Assembly: GCF_030028105.1 (NCBI RefSeq)
Contig: NC_092376.1
Span: 119,782,230-119,846,229, forward strand
From: Mobula birostris
Taxonomy: Eukaryota
DNA: 64,000 bases
Direction of reading: 5' to 3'
The position numbers and the translations under genes are program-made. The notes under the pieces were generated by a model. The model was given only the letters and a program-made list of their open reading frames with translations, was not told where the DNA came from and did no database searches. Positions 1 through 13,110 of the stretch are shown one piece after another (within the stretch, counting starts at the first letter, position 1; every line of letters begins with the position of its first letter).

Positions 1-167
1 GGAACTTTTGTTACGTTGAGCTGTGCTGTTTCTTGGGCTCACTCCCCAGTAGACTACTCTTACATCTGCAAAGTTGACTGTGTGTGGGTATATTTCATTG
101 GAGTCTGTTGGGGTGGATGGCGTCATTCCAATCCCCTTCTGTTCAAAATGTGCAAAGAATACATTAA

Positions 168-399
168 CAACACACAAAACATGCTTGAGGAGCTCAGCAG
201 GCCAGGCAGCATCTGTGGGAAAAAGTATGGTTAATGTTTCAGGCCGAAACCCTTTGGCAGGACTGAAGAAAAAAAGCTGAGGAGTAGATTCGTCGACTGT
301 ACTTTTTTCCATTGATGCTGCCTGGCCTGCAGATTTCCTCTAGCATCTTGTGTGTGTTGTTCAGATTCCCAGCATCTGCAGATTTTCTCTTGTTTGTGA
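168..399. mobile_element. Inverted pair of Penelope-like terminal repeats (pLTR), non-autonomous
   Basis: Left arm aacacacaaaacatgct...gcaggccaggcagcatc...gtttcaggccgaaaccctttggcaggactg is the reverse complement of the right-arm type cgtcgactgtac...gatgctgcctggcctgc...ccagcatctgcaga; the same motif terminates the GIY-YIG elements at 39265 and 53688. Confidence 0.75.
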
Positions 400-3359
400 A
401 GGGTCACGCTATTTTCAGCAATGCTGCCTGACTTAACCTTGTAGCTTTGCTACAAATGACGGCTGGTGTGGGACTCGACGTTGGTATCTTGCTCAACTGA
501 GTTTTGTTGTATTAAACCTGAAGTATTGCTAAGGCCGAATGCCTCTGTCTCTGCTGCTCAATGTCATCTTTCTCCTCCCATTAATGGAATTACGAAGGCA
601 GAAAATATCAAAAACTCTCTTGCTGATGTTGAACTCGATGTATTATGCAATACTTGGAGGGGCATAATATCAGGTAGTCAAGTTTTCTGACAGAACCTAA
701 AATTTGCAAGTCAATTATTAGCCTCCAAATAAACTCTGGAGAGAATTTCTAGTGCTTTGCGAAGTGTATTCAATTAGTACTGATGGTTAATTACATAATG
801 AAAATTGAGAGGGAAGTGCCCCAATGTTCACTCACATCAGATAGTTGGCTCATTTTCCAGAGTAGAAAAAAAAATAGGGTTTTTTTTTGCACAGACCAAG
901 ATATCTTTCTTCTGACTGGGCGACAAGCATCTCCGGTTCTATTTATTCAACTGTGCCTGGTTAAGCATTTCCCTTTTAATTACCACAGCTGTAATCTTTT
1001 GGCACAGCTGCAGCATTTTGTCACAGCTGTATTCTTTAGTCAACTAAAGAACCAATGCACAGCACAATTTTGTCTTGAGCACATTTGAAAGACATGATTT
1101 AATGACCTCTGAACCCTAAGCTTACACAGTGGATCCTTAGTGTAATCAAAGTTCTGAGAGTGATGGGTGATTTGAAAGCTGATAGCACAAGGGAAGCTGC
1201 CTCCAAATTGCTCAGTGATTTAAATAAAATTAGAATGTATATAGCAGAGCCAGAGTTACGAAAGACAGAATGTTTACCCTGAACAGAGATGAAGAGAATA
1301 TTCAGAAACATAAAAGGAGGAAATTGAACCATTTATAATACCTTCATAAAGAGTACAATTTGTGCTTTATAAAATGTCCTACTCTAAATCTAGAATACTT
1401 AAAAAATAGAATTTGTACTTTTGGTACATAAAGTACAAAAATGACAGATGTATAATTATCAAAGATATAAGGCTTAGGAATACTTAGGAATTTTATCTTT
1501 ACCTAGGCCATACATCAGGTGATAAAGACCAAGATGTTTCAAACTAGATGGCTTTATGAAAAACATCGTCAGTTTTTGGACTTCCAGGCATCTGTTTTGT
1601 TTTTAAAAAAGGCAGCTGACAATAAACTCCTTAGCTTTCTGCTATACATTTTTCGATTTCTTTGATAACATTTCCCTTGTGATAATACTTTTTATTTTAT
1701 TTGAATGCAGTTTTTATCAGGTTTGGAGATTGGGCAAGCTGGTAAGAAAAAGATCAATATCCACTCCTCCTGCCCCAGATCCCTGGCCTTTTTGATGAGG
1801 TCAAGCACACCTAAGAGCCAAATGTTATCTATTTGCTATTAATCAGTGGGGTGTAAGGTTGATTCACTTGTTGGCACACATGCAGATTATGCAGAGCAAG
1901 CTTTGGGAAGGTCTCTTGAGGGTCTCTGAGCAAGTAAACTTTCTAAGGACAACATGAGGCTCTATGCCTTTCCTAAATTGATCAAAAATAACAAAACATC
2001 TTAGATCCATTCCCCTTCAACAACTTCTCTTTGAGGCCAAAGTGAAAATGACAATTGGAAGAGAATGACATATTCAGACACATGTTAAAAAGAACCCTAT
2101 GATACAACAAACTAAAATAGAAGGTGATGGCATTGATGTAGGATGTACAGTAGGCAAGGCTGTCTCTGTTGACTTTACTGCTTGTTTGTTTCATTAGATT
2201 GTAAATTTAAAATCCTAAAATTGCCCTATCATTGACAGGCCATCAAACTTACTGATTTCTTCCAACATAAATGTATCTAAGTTGGTACTTTCAAATTCTC
2301 CCAATGCAATAATGTGAGGATTGAGGGCTTGTTCAAAGCTGAAATATAAATAATTTCACTCCAGAGAACATAAATTAATTGATCTGGGACTGAGATTGTA
2401 CATATAAAGCTTTAAATCAAATGTGACAGAAGAAGAATTTTTGTCTTGAATCAGAGCAGAGAATAAGTGAAAGCCTTACAGTTCCTTCAGCCTGCTTGGC
2501 TACTCAGTTCAATCAAAGAGTAATTTGTACCATTACTGTGTATAGCCGCAAGCATTCTGAGAGTGTCCTCATCCTGACCTGATGCAAATCTATTGTTTTG
2601 TAATTACAGTTTTCAACATATGACTTATGTTTTCATGTTGACTTATTTAAATTAAGAAATGTTTTATGTTAATGTTTAGGACTGGGGAGGAACAAAAATG
2701 ATAATGAAGATTGCAGAAGGTTTGTACGATTGTGCATAATGACTCAAGTAATTGTTTCAATCTTCGCATGATAAGCAAGTGACAGTGAATGTTTTCAACA
2801 ACCAGCTGAACTCTGTACTGTCAACGTGCATCAACTGTAGCATGCCAAATTTGTTAAGCATAACAGAACTTCATTTTAAGTTTGGTCATTAATGGGCTCA
2901 GCAAACATCAATCCTAGATGTCTGCACCCAATAGTAATAAAGGTTGACAGATTGAGGAATTAGAATGAAAGAAGTTCATGAATGGGTTTTCATTGGTATG
3001 ATTACCAAAGTCCTATATATCAAAGAGTATAATAATAAACTTAGAAACTGAAAATATGGTATTCATATATAAGGAATAATTTTTCTGAACTTCTTATATT
3101 TTACAGAGGTAGTTTGAGCGTTGCAGAGAATGGATGTGACACTTACTCTATGAATGACTATTTCTCAGCTTTCAGTTTGATTTTGAGATATCAAGGATAG
3201 GGTCTGTGTCTTAATACAGTAAAACTGTAAAACAAACTTATAAAGTGAAATAAAACTATGTTTTCCTGCACGCTGTCATGTGCTCGCTTAATTTGCTTTC
3301 AATTATAGCACAGTATCTGTCTAGGATGGACTGTTCCGTAAAAGAATATTAGTTTGAGA

Positions 3360-3640
3360 AATAGTCATAGAGCACTACAGCTTCAGCCCATCTAGTTCAA
3401 GATGAGCTGTTATTCTGCCTAATCCCATCAACCTGCACCTTACCCATCATCTTCCACACCCCTCCCATCCATGTACTTATCCAAATTTTGCTTAAATATT
3501 GAAGTCGAACCAGCATCCACTACTTTCGCTGGCAGCTTGTTCCACACTCTCGTCACCCCCACCAAGATTCCGCTTAAATATTTCACCTTTCACCCTTAAC
3601 CTATGTCCTCCAGTTTTAGTCTCACTTAACCTCAGTAAAA
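3360..3640 (-). mobile_element. CR1-type LINE 3' fragment
   Basis: Resembles the 3' ends of the long CR1 copies at 20307 and 60360 (ggcagcttgttccacactctc, tttcacccttaacctatgtcct). Confidence 0.75.
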
Positions 3641-4197
3641 AAAAGCAAGAAAATTTATAATTGTAAAGTATGTGATATTAAAATGCTTTGGATTTTGCAA
3701 GGTACTTGAACTAAAGTACAGATTAATTCTTAACTCATTTTCACATACGTTTGGGTATTATTTATAGTGACATTTGGGTACAAGTAATTAAGAGCAAATG
3801 AATACCCTGGGAGGCTGTGGAATCATCTTTTTTTTATTGACCCAAGGGAAGTTAATTACTCAAGCTAAAACACTTTGCTATTTTGGAATATCGTTTCACT
3901 CTCATGGTAACCATGACAATAGAGCTCAGAAAAGTGAAAATGGAGGAAAATAAGTAAGGCATCTTTGGAAAATGTTGATTGACAGACTGAACTGAGTAGT
4001 TTTGTTTGTCTGAAGGCAATATCCTCTGAAAGGGAAGATAATATAATGAGAATATTATTTCAAGCAGTTTCATTCTGCTCTTAATTTAAGTCCAAATTTA
4101 TGTTACCCTAGTTAACTAAGGTTTATGTTTACCACAGATTGCTGTCAAGTTCACAATCCTGAACCTGAATAAGGGAGGAGTTCAATTCTCTTTGTGT

Positions 4198-4500
4198 GTA
4201 GACATACACGAGAGGGCACAGTTTTAAGGTGCTTGGAAGTAGGTACAGAGGAGATGTCAGGGGTAATTTTTTTTAATGCAGAGAGTAGTGAGTGTGTGGA
4301 ATGGGCTGCCGGCGACGGTGATGTAGGTGGATACGATAGGGTCTTTTAAGAGACTCCTGGATAGGTACATGAAGCTTAGAAAAATAGAGGGATATGGGTA
4401 ACCCTAGATAATTTCTAAAGTAAGTACGTGTTCGGCACAGCATTGTGGGACGAAGGGCCTGTATTGTGCTGTAGGTTTTCTATGTTTCTATGTTTCTATA
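4198..4500 (+). mobile_element. CR1-type LINE 3' end with (TATGTTTC)n tail
   Basis: agagggcacagttttaaggtg...cagagagtagtgagtgtgtggaat...gggcctgtattgtgctgtaggttttctatgtttctatgtttctat. Confidence 0.85.
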
Positions 4501-4874
4501 TAAAGAATAAAATCTGACCAATGTGTTTGATTTTCTGATGCCAGCAACAATTTTGGCTCAAGTCTGCTGCATCAGACAATATACATTTGTATACTTGAGC
4601 TCATATAGGAGCAAGGAGGGGGAGGGGAGGGGGGAAGTGTTTTACTTTTGTTGCTGCTTGTGCATGACAAGGGTGAGGGGGGCTTTGGGGTTTTAACATT
4701 TTCTGTCATTCATTTTTTGGGTTTTTTTCTTCTGTTTTGTGGATGTCTGCAAAGAGTAAGGATTTCAGGTTGTGCACTGTACACATTCTCCGATAATAAA
4801 CAGAACCATTGAACCGTTGAATCACTTTATAATTAATTACATCTTTGCCAAATTTTGAATATAACATAACATCT

Positions 4875-5100
4875 ACTGCATGACTTCAGTAAAGCTTTTG
4901 ACAAAACCCATCATAATCGGCTGATCCAGAATATTAAGGCACATGGAATCCATGGAAACTTGGTAGATTTTATTCAAAATTGACTTGGTCATATAATACA
5001 AGGGGTAGTGATGAAAGGGTCTTGTTCTCATTGAATGTTTAGGATTGATGGTGGGACCTCTGTTGTTTATGATATGATTTGGATGAAAAATATATGTCAA
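4875..5100 (+). mobile_element. Degraded CR1 RT fragment
   Basis: gacttcagtaaagcttttgacaaa = DFSKAFDK motif. Confidence 0.65.
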
Positions 5101-5109
5101 AGTCAAAGT

Positions 5110-5790
5110 AAAATTTATTATCAAAGAATATATGTGTTCCAAATACTACCTAGAGATTTATTTCCTTTCCTGTATTTACAAGAAAATAAGGAAATAATTT
5201 TAGAAAAACTAAGAATAAACAAAGACTGGCAAAAAAAATGTACAAAAGAAGACAAAATGTGCAAATAAAAAAATATACGGAGAGCGTGAATTGTAAAGGC
5301 CTTGAAAGTCTACAGGGTGTGGAATCTGTTCAGAGCTGTGGTGAATGAAGATCTCCACACCAGTTCAGAAGCATGTTGGTCGTAGGTCAATAATTCTTCC
5401 TGAATCTGCAGGTGTGAAACCCAAAGCTGTTGTATCTCCTGCCTGATGGTATTATTAAGAAGAGAGCATGGCCTGGATGGTGGAGGTCCTTGTTGCTTTT
5501 CTCTGCAAATGTTCACAATGGTGGGGAGGGTTCTGCCTATGATGGACGAGGCTGTATCCATCACTCTCTGTTGACATTTCCATTCCTGAACATTACTGTG
5601 TCCATCTCTGGCCGTGATGCAACCAGTTAGGATACTCTCCATTATGAATTTAAAGAAGTTCGTCAGTAGTTTTGGTGACATGTTGAATCTACACAGACTT
5701 CTAAAACAGTAGAGGTGCTGTCATGCCTTCTTTATGATGGCATGCGCGTGCTGGTCCCAGTACAGATCCTCTGATATGATAACATCGAGA
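5110..5790 (-). mobile_element. Rex1/Babar LINE 3' fragment
   Basis: ORF 5310-5681: LTNFFKFIMESILTGCITA, typical of the Rex1 C-terminal region. Confidence 0.8.
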
Positions 5791-5989
5791 AATTTAAAGT
5801 TACTGATCAATACTTATACCTGGCTGAAAACCTGAGAAGTGTTTATTCAGTACACCAGGAAAGCACTAGATACTTTTTTAATGATCCTCTCCTCTCCCAA
5901 TTTCCTGATGAGAATTTGTTCATGGACCTCCAGCTGATAAGTAAGTTTGCATATAATATAAAAGTTTTGTTGAGTTTTGGATAGTGAGG

Positions 5990-6850
5990 AGGATTATTAT
6001 TCATCAGGCTATAGACCAGTTGGAAATATGGGCAAATGGATATCCAGATAAGTGTGAGGTATTGCACTTTAGGAAGTCAAGTGCAAAAGGAAATTATACA
6101 GAAAATATCAGGACTCTTTAGAACATCGATATACAGAAGAACCTTGTCGTGCAAGTCCACAGCTCCCTGACAGTGACAACACAAGTATGGGATATAAAGT
6201 CAGGAATTCATAGTACAGCTGTTTCAATTATTGGTTATGCATATTCACAGTATTGTGTAGTTCTGGTTGCTACATTATAGGCAGGTTGTGGAGGCTTTGG
6301 CGAAAGTGTAGAAGAGGTTTAGCAGGGTGTTTCCTGGATTAGATACTATTAGCTAAAAGGAAAGGTTAGACAAACTCAGATAGTTTTCTCTGGAGTACCA
6401 AAGGCTAACGTGTGAACTGAAATCCATTTGCCTGATATCTGATATCTATATGACAGTCATAATAAAATTATGAGAGCAATAGACAGGGTAGATGGCCAGA
6501 GCCTTCTCCCCAGTGAGCATATGTCAAATACTAATAGGCTTTCAGAGGAAGTGGGGAAATGCTGCCTGGCCTGCTGAGTTCCTTCAGCATTTTGTGTGTG
6601 CTGCTGAGATTTATGAGGCATTTTTCTTACAAAAGATGTAGTTTCCTGAAAAATAGTACCAGGAGAAGTGGTGAAAGCAGTTACAATTGCATTATGTCAG
6701 AGGCATTTGGGTAGGCACATGAATATGTGGGGAATAGAGGGACATAGATCATGTGTGGGCAGATGGGATTAACTTGGATTGGCATACTGGTCATCAGAGG
6801 TGAGGTGGGTCAAAATGGATATGTTCCTGTTTTATGTTCTATGACTATAG
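5990..6850 (+). mobile_element. Degraded CR1 LINE 3' portion with a small Penelope pLTR remnant (~6558-6610)
   Basis: gataagtgtgaggtattgcacttt (DKCEVLHF); cagtattgtgtagttctgg (YCVQFW); tail ttttatgttctatgactat. Confidence 0.75.
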
Positions 6851-7189
6851 CAGTAAAGAGGGTTTCTATTACATACATGCTGTAAAAAATGCCAAGCAAG
6901 ATTCACCTTCCTCTTTCCCACCACAGAAATCTGTTATACTTGACCATGATGTGTGAACCTTTCTCACACATCATGGATCTGTTTTTCTGACTGTTAAATG
7001 ACAGCTTTCCTCAACTCTTCTTTACTTACCACCTTTTAAGCAAGCAAATCACATTCGTCTTTGAATTACTGAATTACTACTCAATTTTCTCTCTATCATT
7101 GCCAGTCAGCATCTACTTAGTAGTTAACAATATTTATTTAATATTTTGTGCAACTTAGTTAACATACAAGCACATGTGATTTGAGAGGT

Positions 7190-8555
7190 TAGTCATGAAA
7201 TCACGAATCTTGCCTGAGAAGCGACTTAAATCCGCTCCAATTTGCCCAGCGGAGCAACAGGTCCACAGCAGATGCCATCTCCTTGGCTCTTCACTCTACC
7301 CTGGAACATCTGGACAGCAAAGATGCATACATCAGGATGAAGTTTATTGATGACAGATCAACATTCAATACAATCATCCCCTCAAAATTAATCAATAAGA
7401 TTCAAGAACTTGGCCCCAGTACCTCCATGTGCAATTGGATCCTACATTTCCTTACTAGTTGACCTCAGCCTGCTCAGATCGGCAATAACATCTCCCCTGC
7501 CATCTCCATCAGCACAGATGCATCACAAGGCTATGTGCTTAGTCCCCTTCTGTACTTGCTGTAAATGTATGTCTGTGTGGCTAAATAAATCTCCAAAGCC
7601 ATGTTTAAGTTTGCTGATGGCACCGGTGTTGTAGGCTGGACAAAGTTGGAGATGAATCAGCATATAAGAGGGAGACAGAAACCCTAGCTGACTGCTGTCA
7701 TAACAACAACCTCTTACTCAATGTCAGCAAGATCAAGGAGTTGATTATAGAATTCAGGAGAAGGAAATCAGAGGTCCATGAGCCAATCATCATCGGAGGA
7801 TCAGAGGATTGAGAGAGTTAGCAAATTTAAATTCCTAGGTGTTATTATTTGGGAGGATCTGTCCTGGAGCCAGCACGTAAGTGCAATTACGATGATAGCA
7901 CGGCAGTGTCTCTACTTAGTTAGGAGCTAGCGGAGATTTGGCATAACATTTAAAACTTTGAAAAACTTCTAGAAATGTGTAGTGGAGAGTATATTGACTG
8001 GCTGCATATCAGCCTGGTATGGAAACACCAATACCCTTGAATGGAAACCCCTAAAAGAAGTTCTGGATATGGTCCAGTACATCACATGTAAAACCCTCTC
8101 AACTATTGAGCACATCTACATGAAAATCCGTTCCAAGAAAGCAGCATTCATCATCGGTTATCTCACTTCTACTCTCTTCCCAATGCTGCCCTCAGGAGCC
8201 TCATGGCACACACCACTAGGTTTAGGAACAGTTACAAGCCCTCAACCATCAGGCTCTGGAACCGGTGGGGATAACTCCACTCAACTCCATTTATCTCATT
8301 ATAGAAATGTTCCCACAACCAATCGATTTACTTTCAAGGGCCCCTAATCATATTATCTCAATATTTGTTGCTTATTTATTGAGTTATTATTGCTATCTTC
8401 TGCTCTTCGGTTGGACACCCTAGTTTGGTGGTCTTTTATAGATTCGATTATGCTCTGTTATTATTTATTGAGTATGCCCTCAAGAAAATAAACCTCAGGG
8501 TTGTATGTTGTGACACATATATACTTCATTAATACATTTGCTTTGAACTTTGAAC
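7190..8555 (+). mobile_element. Rex1/Babar LINE, 5'-truncated and degraded
   Basis: ctccaatttgcc (LQFA), aagtttgctgatg (KFAD), ctcaatgtcagcaagatcaaggagttgatt (LNVSK.KELI), ORF 7982 ESILTGCISAWYGN; (TTTGAAC)n tail. Confidence 0.85.
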
Positions 8556-9499
8556 ATCAAAACTATTGCATGTGTACAACCTTGTTCATTTGCACGATTT
8601 TCTTGTTTCTCATGTTTCAACATATTTCCAAGTCATTCAGACATGGTGAGCAAGTTCAGGATGTGCTAATCTAAAACTATCCTTAGTTAAAGAAATGCAG
8701 AGCAACAATGTTCCCCCTACTGATTCCATGAAAAAAAACAATTTGGCCCCATAACTACAGTATCTAAAATTGATCATTTAGGTATATCCCCTTTCCAACC
8801 TTCACACAACAGGTTACATTAATATTCTACAGGCTTCCTCTTTAGCTGAGCAGAAAGTTTCAAAGACAAATTTTGTAGGATTTTAAGAAGGTGCATTTAA
8901 ATAAAGATGAGAAATATTCTAGCTGAATGGTTCCATATTTGATTGTGGGCAGGTACTTATAGGTATAATTAATGTTCTTTTAAATGTGTTATTAAATTAA
9001 TTTCAATTGACCGCAATTTTTTTTGGCTCAGCCGGTTTCCTCAGAAACTAGAAAGCTGTCCAGTGAAAAGAAAGTGAGTTTATGCTTGGTTGAACATATA
9101 AGTAAACTACTGCCTGATTTGAACCAATGATATTCTGTAGGGAGTACTTGTGTAGATACAACCTTGCAGGATTATGAATTGAGAAGATCAGTGTGAGAAA
9201 TACCCTGCTCAGTAGATTAGAAGATATAGATCATTATTGTTCATCACTGTGATGCTCCATCATTGGAGAGAGATTTGAGGAAATTAAAAATGAAGAATCC
9301 ATTTGTTAACTTTCAGAAGAGGAGAAAGGTGATATGTCATTGCCAAACTGGTGCTTACATTGCTGCCAGGAATGGTGGGCTATCGATCAGAAAGTGCCGC
9401 TTGATAATACAACTGACTAAACCTTCCATCACTTTGTTGATGATTGAAGAAAACTGATTGGGATGTAATTATCCAGAATGTTGTCTCAACTTCTATTGC

Positions 9500-10140
9500 A
9501 CCATACGGCAAGTGATTCATCTGTGGCTGATGAGGAAAATTAAAGATAGTGCTAAATCCAAGGAAGAGGCTTACTTACAAAGTTGTTAGAAATAGCAGCA
9601 GGTTTGAGGATTGGGAGCATTTAAGAGCAAAGCACAACCAAGATATTGACAAGGGAGAGGAAAAAGGAGAAAAGACTAACAGGAAACATTAAAACATCCT
9701 GTAAGAGATTTTGTAGGTTCATTATATAAAAAGGACAGGGTTGATCCCTTCAAGAGGATTTATGATGAGGAATAAAAAGTGGTGGAAGAACTTGACATTA
9801 TTTTGTGCCTGTCATCATGCAAGATGTGTTAGAGAATTAAGAATCCAATGCAAATGAGGAATTATTAGTCATCACTAGTGCTAGAAAAGTCAGAGAGCTT
9901 GAAAGCTGACACATTCCAAGGACCTGACAATTTACATCCTCAGGGTTTTGAAGGAGATGGTAATAGAGATAGTGGATGCTTTGATTATCATTTCTGAAAA
10001 TTCCATAGATTCTGGAGTTTTTCCAGAGGATTTTTAAGAAAGGAGGGATAGAAAAATAAATAGAGAATTGTTGGCCTGTTAGCTCAGCAGCATTGGTAGG
10101 AAAAATGCTGGAATCTATAAAGAAAAGAATAATATAAGGA
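9500..10140 (+). mobile_element. Highly degraded CR1 ORF2 fragment
   Basis: catcctcagggttttgaaggagatgg (HPRVLKE-like), ttggtaggaaaaatgctggaatctat (VGKMLES). Confidence 0.6.
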
Positions 10141-10149
10141 TCAAGCATC

Positions 10150-11165
10150 AAGGATTAACTTTATTCAACCAACCATTATACAAGATAAAGAATTATATAG
10201 AATTAAGTTAAAAGGTTAAAGAATATGGAAAATTCCATTAATAGATAAATACCAGCATGTACTTACAGCATTATAAAATATATTTTAACGTGTTCACAGC
10301 TCAGTTCAGTGACTGATGTACTAGAAAGGGTAAGGTGGCTAAATAGAAAGATTGATCAGATTAACTTCTTGAGGGAAGAATCTTTTAAGATGGTGTGAAG
10401 TTTTTTTAAATTTTAATAGCCCTATAGCACTTTCTAGTTTACTGGCTGGGCAGTGTCTGCAACTATTTCTCCTGTCCACTCTTTTTCCTGGACTGCAGCT
10501 AATGACCTTTTCTTCCGTCCTGGCAGTTTGCTATAGTTTTGTATATTGTGAGAAAATGATATACAAAATCAAACAGCAGTGCCTGATGTGATGATATTCT
10601 CTATATGGGAGTGCAGAATTGCACCAGTATGTTCCAGAGAAAACAACCAGATGAAGTAGATCCTCTGCTGATCCTTTTTGTTACTGAAGGAGATAATGGC
10701 TGCCCCGCGTGAGGTCCTGTTATATAATGATGCCCAGAAACCTGTATGTTGAAACAGTGCTAACTGTTCCCTTACTTATCAGTTGTGGATGATGAATGGG
10801 TGGAGAGGAGACATGTTTTTTGTGAAATCAGTATACATCTCCACGATTTTGTGTGCATTCGCCGCCACGTTCTTGTGATTGCACCAGCACACCAACTTGT
10901 TTACTTCCTGGTGGTACTTGGATTTGTTATCTCTGGTGATTAGTCCTATGACAGTGGTGTCATATAAAAACCTTCTCACTTAAATGCTGGATCATAGGAG
11001 ATGCAGTCATTGATGTTAAGAAAAAATAGGAGAGGGGACAGGCCACACCCATGTGGCACACTAGTGCTGACTGACCGGGATGTGAAGATGTGCTGGCCTA
11101 GTCTCACATACTGTCTCCTGTCAGAGAGGAATCTACCTGCAGAACGGACCAGCAGAGCCAACATT
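10150..11165 (-). mobile_element. Rex1/Babar-type LINE RT fragment
   Basis: ORFs 10779-11164: FLSDRRQYVRLG...VPHGCGLSPLLF...DDT(T)VIGLI-like. Confidence 0.75.
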
Positions 11166-11169
11166 ACTT

Positions 11170-12155
11170 TGTGATAGATAATTCACGTCTGATTACTCTG
11201 TTGACATTCTTTGAGGATGTAACTAGTACAATGGTTTGGAGGAAACTGGTGAATGTGTATTTAGAGTTTCAGAAGATATTAGACAAGATTCTGCACAGGA
11301 AACTGTGATTATCCTGTTTTACACAGGAAACGAGATTAGAGCTCATTGAATTGTTGGTACTTTGCTGACATGGAATGCAAAGTGTTTTAAAAATGGATTA
11401 TTCTGAGGTTGGGAGGCTGTGATAAGTAGGGTACGTCAGGGGTTAGTGCTTGAACCCCAGTTTTTCGCAAGTAATATCAACGAGGGTCCAAATGTTGTAT
11501 TTCCAACTTTGTTAACAACATTAAACATGGATGAATTGTAGGTAGACAGGTGAATGTAAACAGGATGCAAAGGACATATGGAGAAGTTGAGTGAGCGAGC
11601 AAGATTAAGGCAAATGGAATACATCTAGGAAAGCTGTGAGTCAAACATTTTGATTCATACAACAGAATAGCAGCCTATTTGTTAAATGCCAAGAGTCTGG
11701 GTTTTGTTGATGTTCAAAAGGAGTTAGATATACCTGTACACAAATCATTGAAGGGCAACATGCAGGTGAAGCAAATGTTTGGGAGGGGGAATGATATGTT
11801 TATCTTTACTACACAAAACCTTGAATATAAGGGTAAAGGGAGGGGAACTGTGTTGCTGAGGAGACCATGTGTGGAATATTGTGTGACATTTTGTGTAGGG
11901 GAACACTTTGCATCTAGTAATCACAATGCCATTATTTTTAATGTAGACATTCAAAAAGATAGGTGGGTTGAGATTCTATCTTGGAAAAAGGCCAATTTTC
12001 ATGGTATCAGAAAAAAATCTGGCAAGTATGGATTAGGTCAGGCTATGTCCTGGCAAAAATGTACTTGGTAAATGGGAGGCATTCAGCAGTGAAATTTTGA
12101 GAGTACAAAGCTTATATGTGCCTGTCAAAATAAAAGGTAAAGATAACAAGTTTAA
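11170..12155 (+). mobile_element. Degraded CR1 fragments (RT region, then an endonuclease-adjacent piece)
   Basis: ggggtacgtcaggggttagtgctt (GVPQGSVL-like), RRPCVEYCV, VGEHFASSNHNAI. Confidence 0.65.
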
Positions 12156-12156
12156 G

Positions 12157-12240
12157 TAAACAACAGGAATTCTGCAGATGCTGGAAATTCAAGCAACACA
12201 CATAAAAGTTGCTGGTGAACGCAGCAGGCCAGGCAGCATC
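12157..12240 (-). mobile_element. Penelope pLTR end fragment
   Basis: aaacaacaggaattctgcagatgctggaaattcaagcaacacac...gcaggccaggcagcatc is the reverse complement of 48207-48290. Confidence 0.8.
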
Positions 12241-12930
12241 TCACAACACAAACACCTATGTCAGGTTGCTGCTTATTGACTATACCTCAGTGTTTAATAC
12301 TACCGTTCCTACGGTCCTGTTCAAAAAGCTACAGAATCTATGCCTCTGTACCTGCTTCTGCAGTTGGATCCTTGATTTTATAACCAGAAGACACAATCTG
12401 TGCAGATTGCTAATACCATCTCCCCCTCACTGATAGTCAACCCTGGTGTACATCAGGAATGTGTGTTTATCTCACTGCTCTACTCTCTATATACCTATGA
12501 CTGTGTAGCCTGGCATAGCTCAAATGCCATCTATAATTTTGCTGATGATACAGCCATTGTTGGCAGAATCTCAGATGGAGACGAGGGGGCATACAGGAGT
12601 GAGACATATTAGCTAGTTGAGTGGTGTCACAGCAACTATCTTGCACTTAGTGTCACTAAGACCAAAGAGCTGATTGTGGACTTCAGGAAGGGTAAGATGA
12701 GGGAACACGAACCTATTCTTATAAAGAGATCAGAAGTGAAGAGAGTGAGCAATTTCAAGTTCCTGGATGTCATCATCTCTGAGGATCCAATCTGGTCCCA
12801 ACACATTGATACAGCTATGAAGAGGCAAGGCTGAAGCTATATTTCAACAGGAATTTGAGGAGATTTGGTTTGTCACCTAAAACACCAGAAAAATCCACAG
12901 ATATGCCATGGAGAGCATTCTGACAGGCTA

Positions 12931-13110
12931 CACACATCAAAGTTGCTGGTGAACGCAGCAGGCCTAGTCCTGATGAAGGGTCTCAGCCTGAAACGTCGAC
13001 TGTACCGCTTCCTAGAGGTGCTGCCTGGCCTGCTGCGCTCACCAGCAACTTTGATGTGTGTTGCTTGAATTTCCAGCATCTGCAGAATTCCTGTTGTTTG
13101 CATTTTTAAA
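12931..13110 (+). mobile_element. Penelope pLTR unit with short inverted 5' arm and ~14-bp target-site duplication
   Basis: 12931-12964 is the near reverse complement of 13027-13060; flanks attctgacaggcta (12917-12930) and attctgaccggcta (13111-13124). Confidence 0.8.
12966..13001 (+). ncRNA. Minimal hammerhead ribozyme motif (Penelope-type)
   Basis: agtc-ctgatga-agggtctcagcct-gaaa-cgtc-gact: stem I AGUC/GACU, CUGAUGA and GAAA boxes, GUC cleavage triplet. Confidence 0.75.

Noticed and set aside
4612-4640. G-run cluster (possible G-quadruplex)
   Set aside because: It is part of an ordinary LINE-like 3' UTR remnant (4580-4820), with no evidence of function.
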